Made by a program: the position numbers and the translations under genes. The notes under the pieces are model-generated. The model searched no databases, had not been told where the DNA came from, and saw only the letters and a list, made by a program, of their open reading frames with translations. A stretch of DNA of 64,000 nucleotides from Pelagomonas calceolata (lineage: Eukaryota): contig CAKKNE010000006.1 in the NCBI GenBank assembly GCA_918797485.1, positions 868,001 through 932,000 of the forward strand. Direction: 5' to 3'. Below are positions 1-12,700 of this stretch, piece after piece. The first letter of the stretch is position 1. Every line of letters begins with the position of its first letter.

Positions 1-914
1 CAGAGCGTCTCGAGGACGTTCGACCGCTCGAGGGGCCACGACGTCGCACTATCAAACCACTGCAGGAAGAAGCGGAGGGTCCCGAGGGTCCGCGGCGGCA
101 GGGGGCACTTCCGCGGCGCGAGCCCGGGGTGCGTCCAGTGGAACTCGTTGACCGAGTCCATGAGCGCCTGGCGCCGGAGGAGCCGCTTGTCGATGTCCTC
201 GGGCTCGAACTCGCCTTCCGGGCGTCCGTAGCCCGCCCGCCACAGGGGGTTGCGCGAGAGGTAGGCCTCTCGCTCGTCGACTTCTCCCTCGGGCCCGAAG
301 GTCACCTCCCGCAGGGGGTCGCGCGCGCCCGAGGCCTCGGCGCCCCCCATGGCCACGCGTTGTCGGTTCATGGCCGCGGCGTTCCGCCCTTTCAGCATCC
401 GCGCGACCTTGGCGTGCGCGCCGTAGTTGCCGGAAGTCGCGTCGAGGAACGTCGCCGCCGCCGCGTCCAGCACGTCGAAGGGCGCGCGGCCGCCCGTGAC
501 GCCGCGCATGAGGACGCAGCTCATGAGCACCGGATCGTGGCAAGCGAAGGCCTTGGCGTCCTCGACGTTGGCGTTCCAGAACGCGACGCGGAACCGCGCA
601 TCGTCCAGGAACGGGCCCCAGCCGCCTTGCTCAACTTCCGCGCGCAGCGTCGCGCGCCACGCGTCGTCGACGGCCGCCCAAGCCTTGCTCGTCGCGGCCA
701 GGCGCTTCGCGGCGCGAACGTGCTCCTTCGTCACGAGCGCGCCGTCGTAGAGCAAGCACGCGAGCACGTTGCGCGGCAAAAAGTCGTCCGGCGCGGGCGC
801 GGCCAGCACGCGGTCCGGGGCGGCGTCGCCGTCGCTTTCCGCTGCCCCCATTTTCGCGACGTCGCCCGCCAGGGCAGCCCCCTTGCCCCCCGTCGCTGCA
901 TCTCGGCCGGCCAT
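1..914 (-). CDS. Hypothetical protein, 3' end runs off the window
   Basis: Reading the minus strand from ATG 914 (MAGRDAATGG...FLPRNVLACLLYDGALV...WGPFLDDARFRVAFWNAN...) gives an open frame to position 1 with GC-rich third positions. It is missing from the ORF track because it has no stop in the window. Confidence 0.6.
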   Translation of the reverse strand, partial: MAGRDAATGGKGAALAGDVAKMGAAESDGDAAPDRVLAAPAPDDFLPRNVLACLLYDGALVTKEHVRAAKRLAATSKAWAAVDDAWRATLRAEVEQGGWGPFLDDARFRVAFWNANVEDAKAFACHDPVLMSCVLMRGVTGGRAPFDVLDAAAATFLDATSGNYGAHAKVARMLKGRNAAAMNRQRVAMGGAEASGARDPLREVTFGPEGEVDEREAYLSRNPLWRAGYGRPEGEFEPEDIDKRLLRRQALMDSVNEFHWTHPGLAPRKCPLPPRTLGTLRFFLQWFDSATSWPLERSNVLETL

Positions 915-1341
915 GCCTCGTTTGTGGTGGGCCGGCAGCGATTCCGCGATGTGCCTCCTGAACCTGGTGTCGAGTGTGCCCGCGCGCGCGCGATTTGGCT
1001 GCCACGCGTTTTTTGGGATGGGAGGAGGGAGCTGGGCGGGCTGCGGTCCTTGCCGGTGCTGCGCGTCGCGCTTGTTTTGGCTAATGAGATAGTCAAGAAT
1101 CAAGGTTGAATGGTTGACACTTTGTTTACTTAGGTGGCCACCTTAAATTCGTGCGGGTGCCGGCACGCCAAGTGTCCTCGGCCGCGGGCGCTCTCGAGAC
1201 GCCTCGGTCACACCTAAGACGGCTCCGACGAGCGGTCGAGAAGATTCGACCCGCCGCGGGCCGCCGTCGACGAGAAGACGCCCCCGACGCCTTCGAGCAG
1301 ACTGGCACATGACTATACGATGAGATTAACAAAACGACAGA

Positions 1342-2580
1342 CTAGTCCTCGGAAGAATACAAGGCGGCCACCTCGGAAGGAGAATCAGGCGGCTCGTCCA
1401 GATACGGCGCCGTCGCGCTCCGCAGGTTTTTTAGGGACGCGGCCACCGTTCCGCTTTCCAGCCGAAAAACACCAGAAAAGGGCAGGTTCACGTCGATCGC
1501 CAAGGAGTTGAAGACGACCAATGCAGACGCGACGACGGCGAACAGCGCGTGTACTCCGAATGAGGCATCAAAAACAACTCCGGAGTCGGCCATCACAAAG
1601 CCCAGGGCGTGCGGCTGGACGCCGGCCATCTCGCCCCGATCCAAGGTAAGGTACGTGTACGCGATGGCTAAGGCAATAGATAACGTCCGCAATACCGAAT
1701 ACTGGACGTCGGGAATACCGGAATTCTCGAGGGACAACCGCACGCCCCGCGCTTCCATCAGGCGGCCGCAGCCGTCCAACGCAAAGTCGAGGTCGCGTAT
1801 GTTGGAGCATTTCGCTTGCTGCAGGATCTGGACGACCTCGGAGTAAGCATCATGACCTTCGGCGATGAGCTCGAGTTCCCGTTCCCGTCCGCCGCCGACG
1901 AAGTCACATGAGTGCGCATGTAAACGTCGAGCGACAGCTCTAAAAACGTCGTCGCCGCGCTCCGGCGCATCACTATCCAACACGAGAATAACCTCCAAGC
2001 GCTTGATCAACGGCAGCATCAGCGTGCACTCCTCGACGGCCGCCGCGCGCAACGCCGCCAGCCGCGCCGTCGCGTCGGAGATGGTCGACGCCGTTAATGT
2101 ACCAAAGACGATGCTCATCAGCGAGAAGAAGTAGCCGCCCTCGGTAGGGTTCGGCGGCGGCAGCGCCTGTGCGTAAATCAACCAGTAAGTCGGGTGCTCG
2201 AGCCGGCGTCGCGTCGATGGCGTGGTTGGGCCGTGGTAGACGCGGCGCGACAATTAGATTTATGCACTGGGCAGCGCCTGCACCGCCTGCCACGCCAGCG
2301 GGTAGCTCAGGTAAAAGGCGCCGAGACTTCCGATGCGGAACGGCCACTCCGTCCAATGAAAGGGGTTCGGCTGCAGCTCACTGATTAAGGTGTCCTTGAG
2401 CTCCGCGCGCGACGCGTAGCGCCGCGGGGTGGTCACGTTTTGAGATGCCGTGGCTCGGAGCAGCTGTTGTTTCCGGAGCTTGAGTTTGAGGTTAGATTTG
2501 AGGTCCTGCAGCTGCGGCGGCGCCGTCAGCGCGGCGGCGCTCGCTGCCGCGCAGGCCAAGATTATCGTTGTTTTTTTCAT
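1342..2580 (-). CDS. Probable plastid-targeted membrane protein, DUF4239/bestrophin-like; complement(join(1342..2166,2278..2580)), ~375 aa
   Basis: Signal peptide MKKTTIILACAAASAAAL. Removing intron 2167-2277 joins AWQAVQ|ALPPPNP in frame. Several hydrophobic helices and a C-terminal D-x-x-x-PFSG motif. Confidence 0.6.
2167..2269. mobile_element. Introner (TIR family A, CAGTGCATAAATC subtype); forms GC-AG intron 2167-2277 on minus strand
   Basis: Imperfect TIRs CTGTGCGTAAATC / GATTTATGCACTG; exact 8-bp TSD GGCAGCGC at 2159-2166 and 2270-2277. Confidence 0.9.
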
Positions 2581-2749
2581 TTTGTAAGATGACGGTGTGT
2601 GCCGGGAAACGCTGCGATTGTCGGCGCTTGCGCCACTAACGATCCAGCACTGTAGTCGTCGCGATGGCTGCGGTTGATCCACAGCCGGCGAGCACGTGCT
2701 TGCTGCCTTGTGACGATTGCAGCGCTTTTTTTTGGCAAAGCAATTTCCT

Positions 2750-2773
2750 GCTAGTGTCTTACTGAACGCTAGC
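2750..2773 (+). promoter_or_regulatory. Recurrent divergent-promoter motif copy (GCTAGTGTCTTACTGAACGCTAGC)
   Basis: Lies between ATG 2580 (-) and ATG 2907 (+); near-identical motif in eight other divergent spacers. Confidence 0.6.
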
Positions 2774-2906
2774 CAGCCGCTACCGAGCATCGGCTCAAAA
2801 AGCTAGTGCATCCGGTTATAACGGCGCGCGCGCAGCTCTCGGGATCCCTGCGATACTGCGCGAATAGCAGCGAGCATCGCTTCGTCGCCGCCGAACGCAT
2901 TTTGCG

Positions 2907-3435
2907 ATGCTGCGTACTCTAGCCAGCCGCTGCGGCACCGCGAGTCGTCGGTTCCTAGCGTCACGCGTCGTCAACGTCGGTTCGGTCGAAGCCTACGACA
3001 AGTTGTCGACGACCGGTGATTTGCTGGTGACGAATTTCACGGCGAGCTGGTGCGGCCCGTGCCAGGTCCGTGGCTCGGCGCAGAAATGAACTTGAACCTG
3101 ATCTGGTGGAGGCGATGGCGTCTTCATGAGACCGACGCCGTCGACGTGGCCGTCAGAGAGTCTACGCGCGTCGCGCGAGGGAGCCACGGCGGTTTCGCGA
3201 CGGCGTCCGTTCTGCGCAGGCCGCCGCGCCCGTCTTCGACAAGATGTCGGAGGACCACGACGACGTCATCTTCTGCAAGGTCGATATTGATGATGAGGAC
3301 CTCGGCGACCTGGTGGCCGCGGCGCAGGTCCGGGCCGTGCCGACGTACACCTTCACGAAGAGCGGCGAGACGGTCGCGGACAACGTGCAGGGCGCGGACA
3401 TGGAGGCGATCCGCGACGTGCTCGCTAGTCAGTAA
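2907..3435 (+). CDS. TRX: Thioredoxin, probably mitochondrial; join(2907..3065,3220..3435)
   Basis: WCGPC active site; GT-AG intron 3066-3219 joins WCGPCQ|AAAPVFDKMS...VRAVPTYTF; Arg/Ser-rich N-terminal presequence. Confidence 0.9.
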
Positions 3436-3451
3436 CAGTATGTATAAACAA

Positions 3452-3691
3452 TCAAGGGGAAACCAACTCGACGTTGGCGGCGGGCGGCGGCGCAACGACT
3501 TGCACGGCCGCGGCCGGCGGGTGCGCGAGCTTGAAGTCGAGGTCGTCGACGGCGCGTCGCCCCGCCCGGTGCGCGAAGAAGAAGAGGACGCCCAACAGGA
3601 TTGCGGCGGCGAACAAAGGTGCCACGGCCCAGACGACGACCGCACCCCTATCCCGCGACGCGACGGCCGCGAGCCACGCCGTGGAGAACAA
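3452..3691 (-). CDS. Possible small single-pass membrane protein; start unresolved
   Basis: Hydrophobic stretch VVVWAVAPLFAAAILLGVLFFFA, but no ATG in frame. Confidence 0.3.
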   Translation of the reverse strand: MFSTAWLAAVASRDRGAVVVWAVAPLFAAAILLGVLFFFAHRAGRRAVDDLDFKLAHPPAAAVQVVAPPPAANVELVSP

Positions 3692-3809
3692 TCGTCTGAC
3701 CGCGGGCCTCGAAGGTGGATTGCCGCCGTCGAAAGAAATTGATTATTATCCTCGGAATGGTAGCGAAATCGATTTGCGCCGCGCGTGACGCATAAGGCAA
3801 AAGCATAAA

Positions 3810-4358
3810 ATGAGGGCCCTCACAGCAATACTAATTGCGACCGCGACCGCGCTCCCGCCCCTGAAATGCGATAGAGAAGAGCAGCACGGCGCCGCCTGGC
3901 GCGCCATCAGAAACGAGGCCGTCTGGTCGCGAAGGACTTTTGACGCCGTCGAGCGGCTCCTCGCGCAGAAGACACCCCAGACACTGAAGCGGCCTAGAGT
4001 GTACGTCTACCCCTTTCCGCCGGCCTTCGCCAACGCCTCGAACCTCTGGGCCGCGGCGGGCCTCGACCAACAGGGCGCGGCGCTCTACTTCCAGGGACGC
4101 CAACATGCGTCCGACGGCGACGGCGTCGGCGGTTATTCGCGGGCGCGGAAGGCACTTGGACCGGACAACGTAGAGACCCTTAAGATGCGTGGGCGGTACG
4201 CGCTAGTCCTCGGAAACGAGGGAAAACACACCGAAGCTGTGGCGATTACTGAGGACGTCGTACGACGGTGCCGGCGCATCTTTGGGAACGATCATCCGAT
4301 GACGGCGAAGGCCCAGGGCGCGCTGGCGCACGCTCGGAAACTACTTAGTAAGTCATAA
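3810..4358 (+). CDS. Signal-peptide protein joining an exostosin(GT47)-like N-terminal fragment to a TPR-like C-terminus
   Basis: Signal peptide MRALTAILIATATA; RPRVYVYPFPPAF resembles the GT47 start motif; RKALGPDNVETL / RRIFGNDHPMT resemble TPR_10/12 repeats. Confidence 0.5.
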   Translation: MRALTAILIATATALPPLKCDREEQHGAAWRAIRNEAVWSRRTFDAVERLLAQKTPQTLKRPRVYVYPFPPAFANASNLWAAAGLDQQGAALYFQGRQHASDGDGVGGYSRARKALGPDNVETLKMRGRYALVLGNEGKHTEAVAITEDVVRRCRRIFGNDHPMTAKAQGALAHARKLLSKS

Positions 4359-4362
4359 TAAC

Positions 4363-4842
4363 TTAGCTCGCCACGCACTGCGCCCCGGGCGCCTCGTTCA
4401 GCACGTCCCGCGCGTCATTCAAACTCTGGACCCACGTGTCCGCGTCCGCCGCGTCGCGCGCCAATAGAGTGTAATTGGACTCGCCCACGGACACGACGAA
4501 CGCACAAGGCAAGCTGTCGTCGTGGCGCACCGACGAAATCTTTTTGAGCGACACCGCGTTCAGTCGTTTCGACTTCTGGGCCGTTTTATATACGGACAGC
4601 ATGTACTCGGGTCGATCTTCCTCGGGCGGGTCGACCTCGAGCCAGCGCAGCGCCCAGCGCGGCGGCCCGCCGTCCTCCAGGTTGCGCGTCGACTTCCGCT
4701 TGAGGTAGCCGCGGACGAGCGTCAGCCGCCCGTGCGTCGTCGTCAGCGGTGGAGACGTCGGCGGCCAGACCGGCTGCTGGTGCTCGTCGTCGACGTCGTC
4801 GCCGCCCATGACGCAGCAGTTTATTGGGAACATCATGCTCAT
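4363..4842 (-). CDS. PH-domain protein
   Basis: VRGYLKRKS...RWALRWL...LSVYKT...YTLLARDAADADTWVQSL is a typical PH fold pattern; likely start ATG 4842. Confidence 0.8.
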   Translation of the reverse strand: MSMMFPINCCVMGGDDVDDEHQQPVWPPTSPPLTTTHGRLTLVRGYLKRKSTRNLEDGGPPRWALRWLEVDPPEEDRPEYMLSVYKTAQKSKRLNAVSLKKISSVRHDDSLPCAFVVSVGESNYTLLARDAADADTWVQSLNDARDVLNEAPGAQCVAS

Positions 4843-5343
4843 GCTGTCTGCAGGGCAGCCTGTATATGTGCTTTGGCAGCCCTCGGGGGTCCGCCGCGGC
4901 GCAGGAATCAAGAGTTCGTTGTGAACGCAATGCCGAGCCGCTCGCCGCGGCGACGTCGTGCCGGGGCCGCGCCGTTTGCAAATTTGGCAGTCTGATTGCA
5001 AGCTCTGCAGCAGGGTTTGAACGATTTTGGCGGCGGCCTTCCCGATGCATCTCGCGGCCGCGGAGGGCTCCGCGATGCCTTGAGAAAGCTTGGACGCGGG
5101 ACGCCGCAGCGCCCGGACCGTGCGGGCTTGGCTTTGGTGCCGCTGCGGCCGAGCCTCTGCCGTCTCTCACGGCCACACGCCGACGAGCATTCGTCGTCGC
5201 ACCGTCGCGAAGAAGCCACCTGGAAACAGCAGGCTCCTTGGCCGCGAGCGCGCCGCCGTCGAGCGCTCCAGGGGCAGCCTAGAGGCCAGCCCCACACCTG
5301 GACAGGACACGCCGGCGCCGCGCGCAGCCGACGAAACGCGACG

Positions 5344-8226
5344 ATGACCAAAGGACGACGGCGGCTCCATGTAGTCTTACTCATCACCAGTGCAATAGCC
5401 TGCCCCGTCGGCCTCGACAACGGAGAAGTGTGCTCGGGCCACGGCGCGTGTGCCGAGCACGTCTCAAAAGGTATTGATGAAACGTGTGTTTGTGACTACG
5501 GCTTCTCGGGGCCGGACTGTTCGTTAAGGCTGTGTCCGGCAGCTAGAGCGTGGTCCGACTACGCCTCGGCCAATAACACCGCGCACGCGAAACATGTGGA
5601 GTGCGCGAACATGGGCGACTGCGACCGGGACACGGGGCTCTGCGAATGCCGGGACGGGTTTTCGGGCGACGCTTGTCAAAGAATGAGATGTCCGACCGGT
5701 ACGTTGACCGGAAGTCCACCTAGGGAGTGCTATGGCTATGGAAGGTGTATCAGTATGCGAGATGCCGCTCGGGAGGACATGGACTGGGTCAGTATACATA
5801 GAAAAAGTACTACTTATGACGAGTGGGACGCGGACATGTTATATGGCTGCGTCTGCGATGCGGGGTTTCAGGGCTGGGACTGCTCGCAGCGCATCTGTCC
5901 GAAGGGCGACGACCCCCTGACTCCTGGTGAAGATGAGGTCCAGCTCGTGGAGTGCACTTGCCTCGAGGCGGGCGGGTGTTCCAATAATACACTGTCGTTG
6001 ACCTTCAAGGGCCAGCGAACAGATCCCATACCAGCCGATGCCACGGCCGATTTGTTGGAGTATTTCCTCGAGAAATTATCCTCCATTACGGATGTCGATG
6101 TGCACTACGACGGAGGCGGCGAGCTCGGCTCGTTATGTTCGGCCGGCGGTACTACCGCTCGCATAGCCTTCTTGAGAGATTATGGGGACGTGCCCTCGTT
6201 AAACTACACGACGAAGGCTTTGAGACCCGGCGAAGCGGGAATTCCTATCAGTATGAACATCAAGAAGAACGGCCAGTGTTCTTCACTACATTCCACCACT
6301 TGTTCGGTAAGAGGCACGAAGGAGTACGCCGAATGCTCGAACCGAGGCATCTGCGACTCGAGGAGTGGACGATGCACGTGCTACACCGGATTTTCGAGTT
6401 CCGACGGCCGGGGCGGTTCTGGATCATATGGGGACTGCGGGCATTTACTGCCCAATACGACCATAGAATGGCGCGAAGATACGCAGCCAAAAGATTACAA
6501 CAAGCCCTGGTACCGCGACATGAGCAATCCTGTGGATGGACCTTGTCCTAGGGTGGTCCCGGCGTGGAATCCGAACTTGGGTCCGACGATCTGTTCGGGC
6601 GTTGGCATATGTGACGCCGATAAAAAGTGCAACTGCACGGAGGGCTACGAGGGCAACGCCTGCGAGTACAAGATCTGCCCGTCCGGACGGGCCTGGTGGG
6701 ACGAGGCCGTCGGTCCCAATGATGCTCACCATGAAGTACCTTGTAGCCATAGGGGTTTCTGCAACCGCGCGTCCGGGTATTGCGAGTGCGACCGGGAGTT
6801 CGGGCTCGTTGGTGGTCCTTCCTCCTCGACCGAAGCCTGCAACGTCCTGAACTGCGACGAGAACAAGACCATGTGCGGCCCTGTGTGGAAATCAACCAGT
6901 GAGTTAGGTGGCCTTCGTGAGCCTCCACGCCATCGAGCAGACGCAGCTACGGAGACACCATCGCGTCGATGGCGTGCGGCGCCTGAAATTTGATTTCCAC
7001 ACAGGTGCGGCCAGACCGGGTACTGCGCCACCATGGCGGAACTAGCGGTCAATGGTATCCACTACAACGAAGACGGCACTCTGCAAAAAGTTAATTATTC
7101 GGACATGTGGGACTCGCACATGATCCGGGGCTGCGCGTCGCCGCGTCCGTGTTGCCTTCCCGAGCTACCATCGTACGCACCGGCCGTCGACGCGTCGCCT
7201 GGTCGCCAACGCGCGGCTCAGCACCCACGCCGTCGCCGCGCCGCCGCGACGTCGTCGCGCGGCATTTCAGAGAGTCTACGTGCCTCGCGAGAGCCCCGGA
7301 TCGCCTCGAGACGGCTCAAAACCGAAAGAGAAACCACCCACGACCATCGTCTGATGGACACGAGTCGCGTCGACGGCGTGAGGGCGCCGCAGTCACGCCT
7401 CGCTCCCATCGCAGGCCACTGCCTCAAGCCCGAGGGCGTCTACCATACGTCTGGGTTTGTTCATGCGAGAAATAGGCATTTACCGCGAGGCGGTAGTCGC
7501 ATGGCTCGGCCGCCCTGGGCCTTTGCCTTGACGGAGTGGACGGGGCGGACCTGTTCCCAAGCCTTCTGCCCGCGGGGCGACAACCCTTTTACCTTCGGGC
7601 AGAACGAGATCCAACAAATTAATTGTTCGGCACCTACTCAAGATCATTTCAACTTAACTTTTGGATTGTCGAATGTTTCGGTACGAATACCCTGGCACGC
7701 GACCGCCAAAGAACTTGAATTGAGGCTGGAAACGTTACCTACTCTCCGAGACGTGAATGTGTGGTACGCCAATTCGACCACACCTGGAGGGTTCATCGAC
7801 CTCAAGAACTACGAGAACGAAAGCGTCTGTGGTCGAGATCAGTTGGCCTACGTCGAGTTCATATCGGATCGAGGGGATGTTCCAATGCTAGTCGCGACGA
7901 CGTCGCCCTACTCGCTGATAACGTTAAACATCTCGGAATGGAGGAAAGGAACGAAGGAGAACGTCGAGTGCTCCGGGAACGGCCTCTGCAACAGGGATGT
8001 GGGCGTCTGCAATTGTCTGGACGGCTTCGCAAGTAGTTCTGATGTGAAGAAGGAAAAGTTCGGAGAATATGGAGAACGCGGCGACTGCGCCTTCCGCCAC
8101 GGCGGCACGAAGGACGAGAAGTGGTTCACGTCTCCGGACACGGACCCGGGCTACGAGTACCTGTTCGAGGTGTCGACGGACGGCACGGAGAAGTGGCAGC
8201 GGGACATGCCGGGGGGGAGCGCGTAA
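5344..8226 (+). CDS. Secreted EGF-like/tenascin-like cysteine-rich protein (stramenopile mastigoneme/SIG1-like); join(5344..6872,7005..7132,7415..8226), ~822 aa
   Basis: Signal peptide; repeated CSxxGxC...CxCxxGFxGxxC and CPxGDDPLT..EVQ modules. Two introns restore KTM|CGQTGYC and IRG|CHC. Confidence 0.8.
6881..7004. mobile_element. Introner family A; GT-AG intron 6873-7004
   Basis: TIRs CTGTGTGGAAATCA / TGATTTCCACACAG; exact TSD GTGCGGCC at 6873-6880 and 7005-7012. Confidence 0.95.
7133..7414 (+). repeat. GC-AG intron carrying repeat family B, 282 nt, stop-free in frame
   Basis: Contains AAACCACCCACGACCATCGTCTGATGGACACGAGTCGCGTCGACGGCGTGA, shared with the ATPase introns. Confidence 0.75.
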
Positions 8227-9752
8227 GGCTATGCTGTATCTAGCTTCTGTTGCGGTGCGAGGGCTTGTGGGCGGTCCCTGCGGTTGCGTAGGTCCAGATA
8301 GATAATTGTTACGGTGCTAGAACTAGAACTACGAAGGTCATGGTGCCACCTGCCGGGTTTTCACGATGATTTTTGCGGTCGACTTGTGTGCGGTCCCGCG
8401 CTCTCGCGAGACGACAGGGTATTGATTCATCCATTAAAAGCGCACTGCGGCGACCGCGCGCGGCCGGTAGTGCGAGAGCAAACGCTCTTGATTTGTCTTC
8501 TACTTACATCTGGATGCACCGCACCCCGCGGCTCGCGCACGCGCCGGTCGCGGTCGCGCGGCGACACGAACGCGACCTCGGCGGAGCTCTCAGCCTGGCG
8601 CAATTAAAAGGCCACCCTCCGTTGAGCCGGCGCTACCTCAAGCCGACGCCCCTCGCTCGGCACTGAGCGCGCTCAGCTTCATTCTCCCGGCGGGACGGGG
8701 CTTGCGGGCCCGATGGGGCACTTGATCAACGCTCGAAACGGCCCCGCCCCCACCTGCTTCACTCCGCCTCGCACCTCGGCCAGGTGGGGCGACTTTATAG
8801 TTGCCTCACCGCACAAACACACAGGTCGCGTCGGCTGTTTGATGCATCAAGCTTCAAAGCGCGTGGCACCGGCGTCGAAAGCCAACGAGCGTCTCGGAAG
8901 AAGGTGGCCGCGGGGCCATAGAAAGTTTCATCAGTCCTAGCTGATGCGCGGTACCATCAGACATAGATCAAGTGCGAGTCCGACTTGCCCGTCGATCCAC
9001 GAAGCGATCGAAAAATGAAGAGACTTCTCAAAATAAGATGAGAAGCGGCGCGAAAAAGCCACGACATCCGGTAAAAGAGCCGGATGATGGGAAAGGACAT
9101 AAATCCACTTTTTTCTTCCGGGCCGAGTTGTCGCGAGATAGGGCTCCGGTTCTGACTCGGTCACTCGGCCACGAAAACAAGGACTCGGCCACGCACGCGC
9201 GCATGTGAGTTCGCCAGACTTGGTAACTCACATCGCGCAACACGACGCAGGTCTGCGCGCCGCCACGGCTGGTCGTAATTGCGAAGGTGCGCGGACTCGG
9301 CGTCGTGAACCATCGTCGTCGTTTAGAGTGTCTCTCGGCGGGTCATGAGAAGTCGTGGACGCCGTGGGAGGAGCCTTAATACGATGCTCGTGCAAAAAAC
9401 TTACGAGCGTCACTCCTCCCGGCGGAACCGTCCAATTGGACGTGCCAACGCTACACTCGCCCGCGCACGCCGCCCAAGGTGGGTCGATACATTACTGATT
9501 GACTCACCTTCGCACACAACACAGGTCGAAGCGCGCGGCGGGGCGCCGCCGCGAGTCCGAGTCCGAGTCGCGGTTTGGATGTATAATTTTTCTCAGTCAA
9601 ACCTACTAATCTCTCGCCACTTCTCCCGGTCGGACTCTTCGCAGCCATAGAGCGGGGCCTGGCCCGCACGGACGGAGAGCAAGTTTGACGCTGTGCTGCG
9701 CCTTGTGCAGAGCGCCGCGCACATGTGCCGCGGGGGCGGGCAGCCCGCATAG

Positions 9753-12700
9753 ATGCGTAGAGACATACCCAGCGACGCGGCCCGCGAGCGATTCGCGGCT
9801 GCCGACGCACCAGTAGGGGCAGCCATGGAGGACGACCTCAAAGCCCTCGCGCGGCGCTGCGTGCCCGACCCGACGCTGGAACGCTTCTTCCGCGACGAAG
9901 AAAGTGAAGAGGGCCCCGCGCGCTGGACGCCGGTTCATTTGGAACGCTACGCTAGGGTCCTGGCCGCCGACGGCACGCTCGACAGGAGAAGGACGGTCAC
10001 GGGCATCGCGCGCACCGATAGACGAAGCCACTCGCCCCGCGACGACGAGGACGAGGACGAGGTCGAGACGCTCACGACGGGAGATTTCCGCGCGAAGCTG
10101 CGCGCCGTCGGGAAGTACTCGGGAAAACTGAAAAATACAAGGGCGTCCATCGACTCGAGCCAAGCACTCGCCGCCGCGGAGTCGGGCCGCGGCGACCTGC
10201 CGGACGTAACTACGAAAGATGAAAACGTCTGGCTTCCTTCATTGGCGGACAACGCGGCGCTCTACGCGGCCTTTACACCCGCAATACTGCATCGCGGGTT
10301 GTTGAACGCCCACGCGAAGCAGCTCGAGGAAGTGAGACACAGCAACCAGTCGTTCGACAGTAGTGAGAAGCAATCCTTCGAGAACGTGCAAATGAGACCA
10401 GAAACGTTTTCTGTCGATGGTGCGTTATTTTTCGTGGACATCTCGGGCTTCACGAAGCTGTCTGGCCGCTTAACGGCGGACGAACTGAAGTACCACTGCA
10501 ACGCCTACTTTGGTTTACTGTTGGGCGTCATCTCGCGGCACGGCGGCGACCTGCGTGGAAATCAAATTTCAGGCGCCCCATCCGTGACCGCGTCGGCTCG
10601 ATGGCGTACTCACTGGTTGATGTCCACGCAGGCGGCGACGTCCTCAAGTTCCTGGGGGACGCCTTTTTTGTGTTGTGGCCCTGTGCGACGGACGCTTCAA
10701 GTGAAGCAAAGGCCTGCAACGCGTGGCGCGCGGCTAGATGTGCCGTCGACGTGATGCGGAGTTGTGCCACATATGACGCCGGCGCGGGGGCTCATGCCGT
10801 GTCTTTACGACTCCACTGCGGTCTAGGAGTTGGAAAGGTGCATGTTTATGTGGTCGGTGCTTGTGATAGGTGGGAGTTAGTGGTTGCGGGGGATCCCGTG
10901 CGGCAGTTATCAGAAACTGAGGGCGAGGCGGAACGAGGTCAAGTCGTCCTGTCGAAGGAGACCGTTTTTAGATTAAGGAGCGCCCTCGTTGCGTATCCTT
11001 TACCTCTGTCTGAGACTTCAAGAGGCAATTACCGACTTGATTGGAGTCATACATCGACGAAACCCTCTATGGCGACGCAAGACTCGGATAGGATGGCCTT
11101 TCTCTCGTGTGAAAAGAGGCCGAACTACACGTCAATCATGAACGACCGGACGGCCTTCGGCGACCAAGCATCAGACGAAGCTAGATCCTTCTCCCACAAA
11201 CATGTCAGGGAGGCGAACTGGAGTAATGACCCGCCACAGATCGGTGGGCCATCACCCGACGACGCCGAAGCGGTTAATGAAGCGAGAGCGAAGCGCCAGG
11301 CCTTCGGCAAAACGGTAAGATGCGTCGCCCGACCGCTGCGCGCCTTCGCGCCCGAGGCGTCGCGCGCGGACCTCGACGCCGGCACACCTGGGTTGTTGGG
11401 TGCGTTGCGAGATGTAGTTACTGTGTTTGTGGACGTGAACGGACTCAGTGACGCTCTCGAAGGTGGCGACGTCGACCGAGTACAATCAGCCATGGAAGCT
11501 ACGGTAAGAGCCGTCAGAGCCTGGGATGGGATGCTCCGCCAATTTGCTGTTGATGATAAGGGCGTCGTTTTTATTGCTTGTTGGGGCGTGCCCGGCCACG
11601 CCCACGAAGACGATGAAGCAAGAGCTGTTTCAAGTGCGAAGGAGGTGTTGGCGGCGTTGTCCCTGCAAGGTCTCGAGGCGCGAGCCGGCGTCGCGTCCGG
11701 AAATGCATTTTGTGGACTAGTAGGTAATGCAGCTAGGGCCGAGTACGCCGTGATCGGTTCTTCTGTGAATTTGGCCGCTAGATTGATGTGCCACGCGCCG
11801 CCTTCGTCCGTTTTAGTATCAGGCACGGTTCGCGACCGCGCGTTGAGTAGCTTCGACTTCGAAGGTAAAGGCTCTGTCAGAGCCAAGGGTTATGAGGATC
11901 CCATACCAGTCTACCGACCCATGAGACGGGAAGTTAGGACAGAGGTGGAGTTGGTTAATGAGACGATCGGGCGGGAAGATGAACGGAGGCAGGTCTCGGA
12001 AGCTCTTGAGAATGGTGTTACTTTCTTAATTGGTCCGCAGGGCGCTGGTAAGTCAAGGTTACTCCGGGACGCTCTGCTAGCCAGTAATAAGAGAGTGGTC
12101 TGGTGCTCCGCTTCCGGTGGCGCTCCGGTCCTCGCACCGTGCGCGTGGGCCCTCTGTGCGGGTGCCTCCGACACTTGTACATTTAGTGGCAGGGCGGCCT
12201 CGTCCAAAGCTCTGATTGAGGGCGGCGCCTCCGATCAAGATGCGGACGCATTAGCTCGCTTGCTCAACGCGCGCCGAAGCTCCGCGGGCGTCATCTCGAA
12301 CGGTGCGGCGTCCGTCGCGCGGGCCGTGTCCGGTATTGTCAAGAAGGCGGGATCCCCAGTACTCTTCATCGACGACGCCCAGGACCTGGGAGCGGCGGAC
12401 TGGGCCGTGCTTTCATTGCTCGATGCGCCCTGTGCCATACTCGTAGGCATGCGGCCGATCGGTAGATACGCGCGCAACGCGACTGCGGCGCGCAACGCAC
12501 TTGTCAAGATGCTTACCAAAGCTTCCGTGATAGCCTTGGATCCCCTATCCATCGCAGAGACGGCGTCGCTCTTCACGGCGTGCCTCGGCCTTTATCAGGG
12601 TTCTGGGTTTGACGAATCTGGGAGACTGCACGATAGGGCCGCCCGAGCTCTTCACGCGAAGACGAATGGCGAGCCGCATAGAATAACGCACGCCGCCACA

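Noticed and set aside
129..1109. 326-aa plus-strand ORF and many similar long Arg/Ala/Pro-rich ORFs (e.g. 25062..26051, 32741..33736, 61193..62146)
   Set aside because: Antisense or off-frame shadows of real genes in high-GC DNA; no domain motifs.
8320..9750. Short ORFs in a 1.4-kb intergenic stretch
   Set aside because: No recognisable motifs or consistent coding bias; left unannotated.
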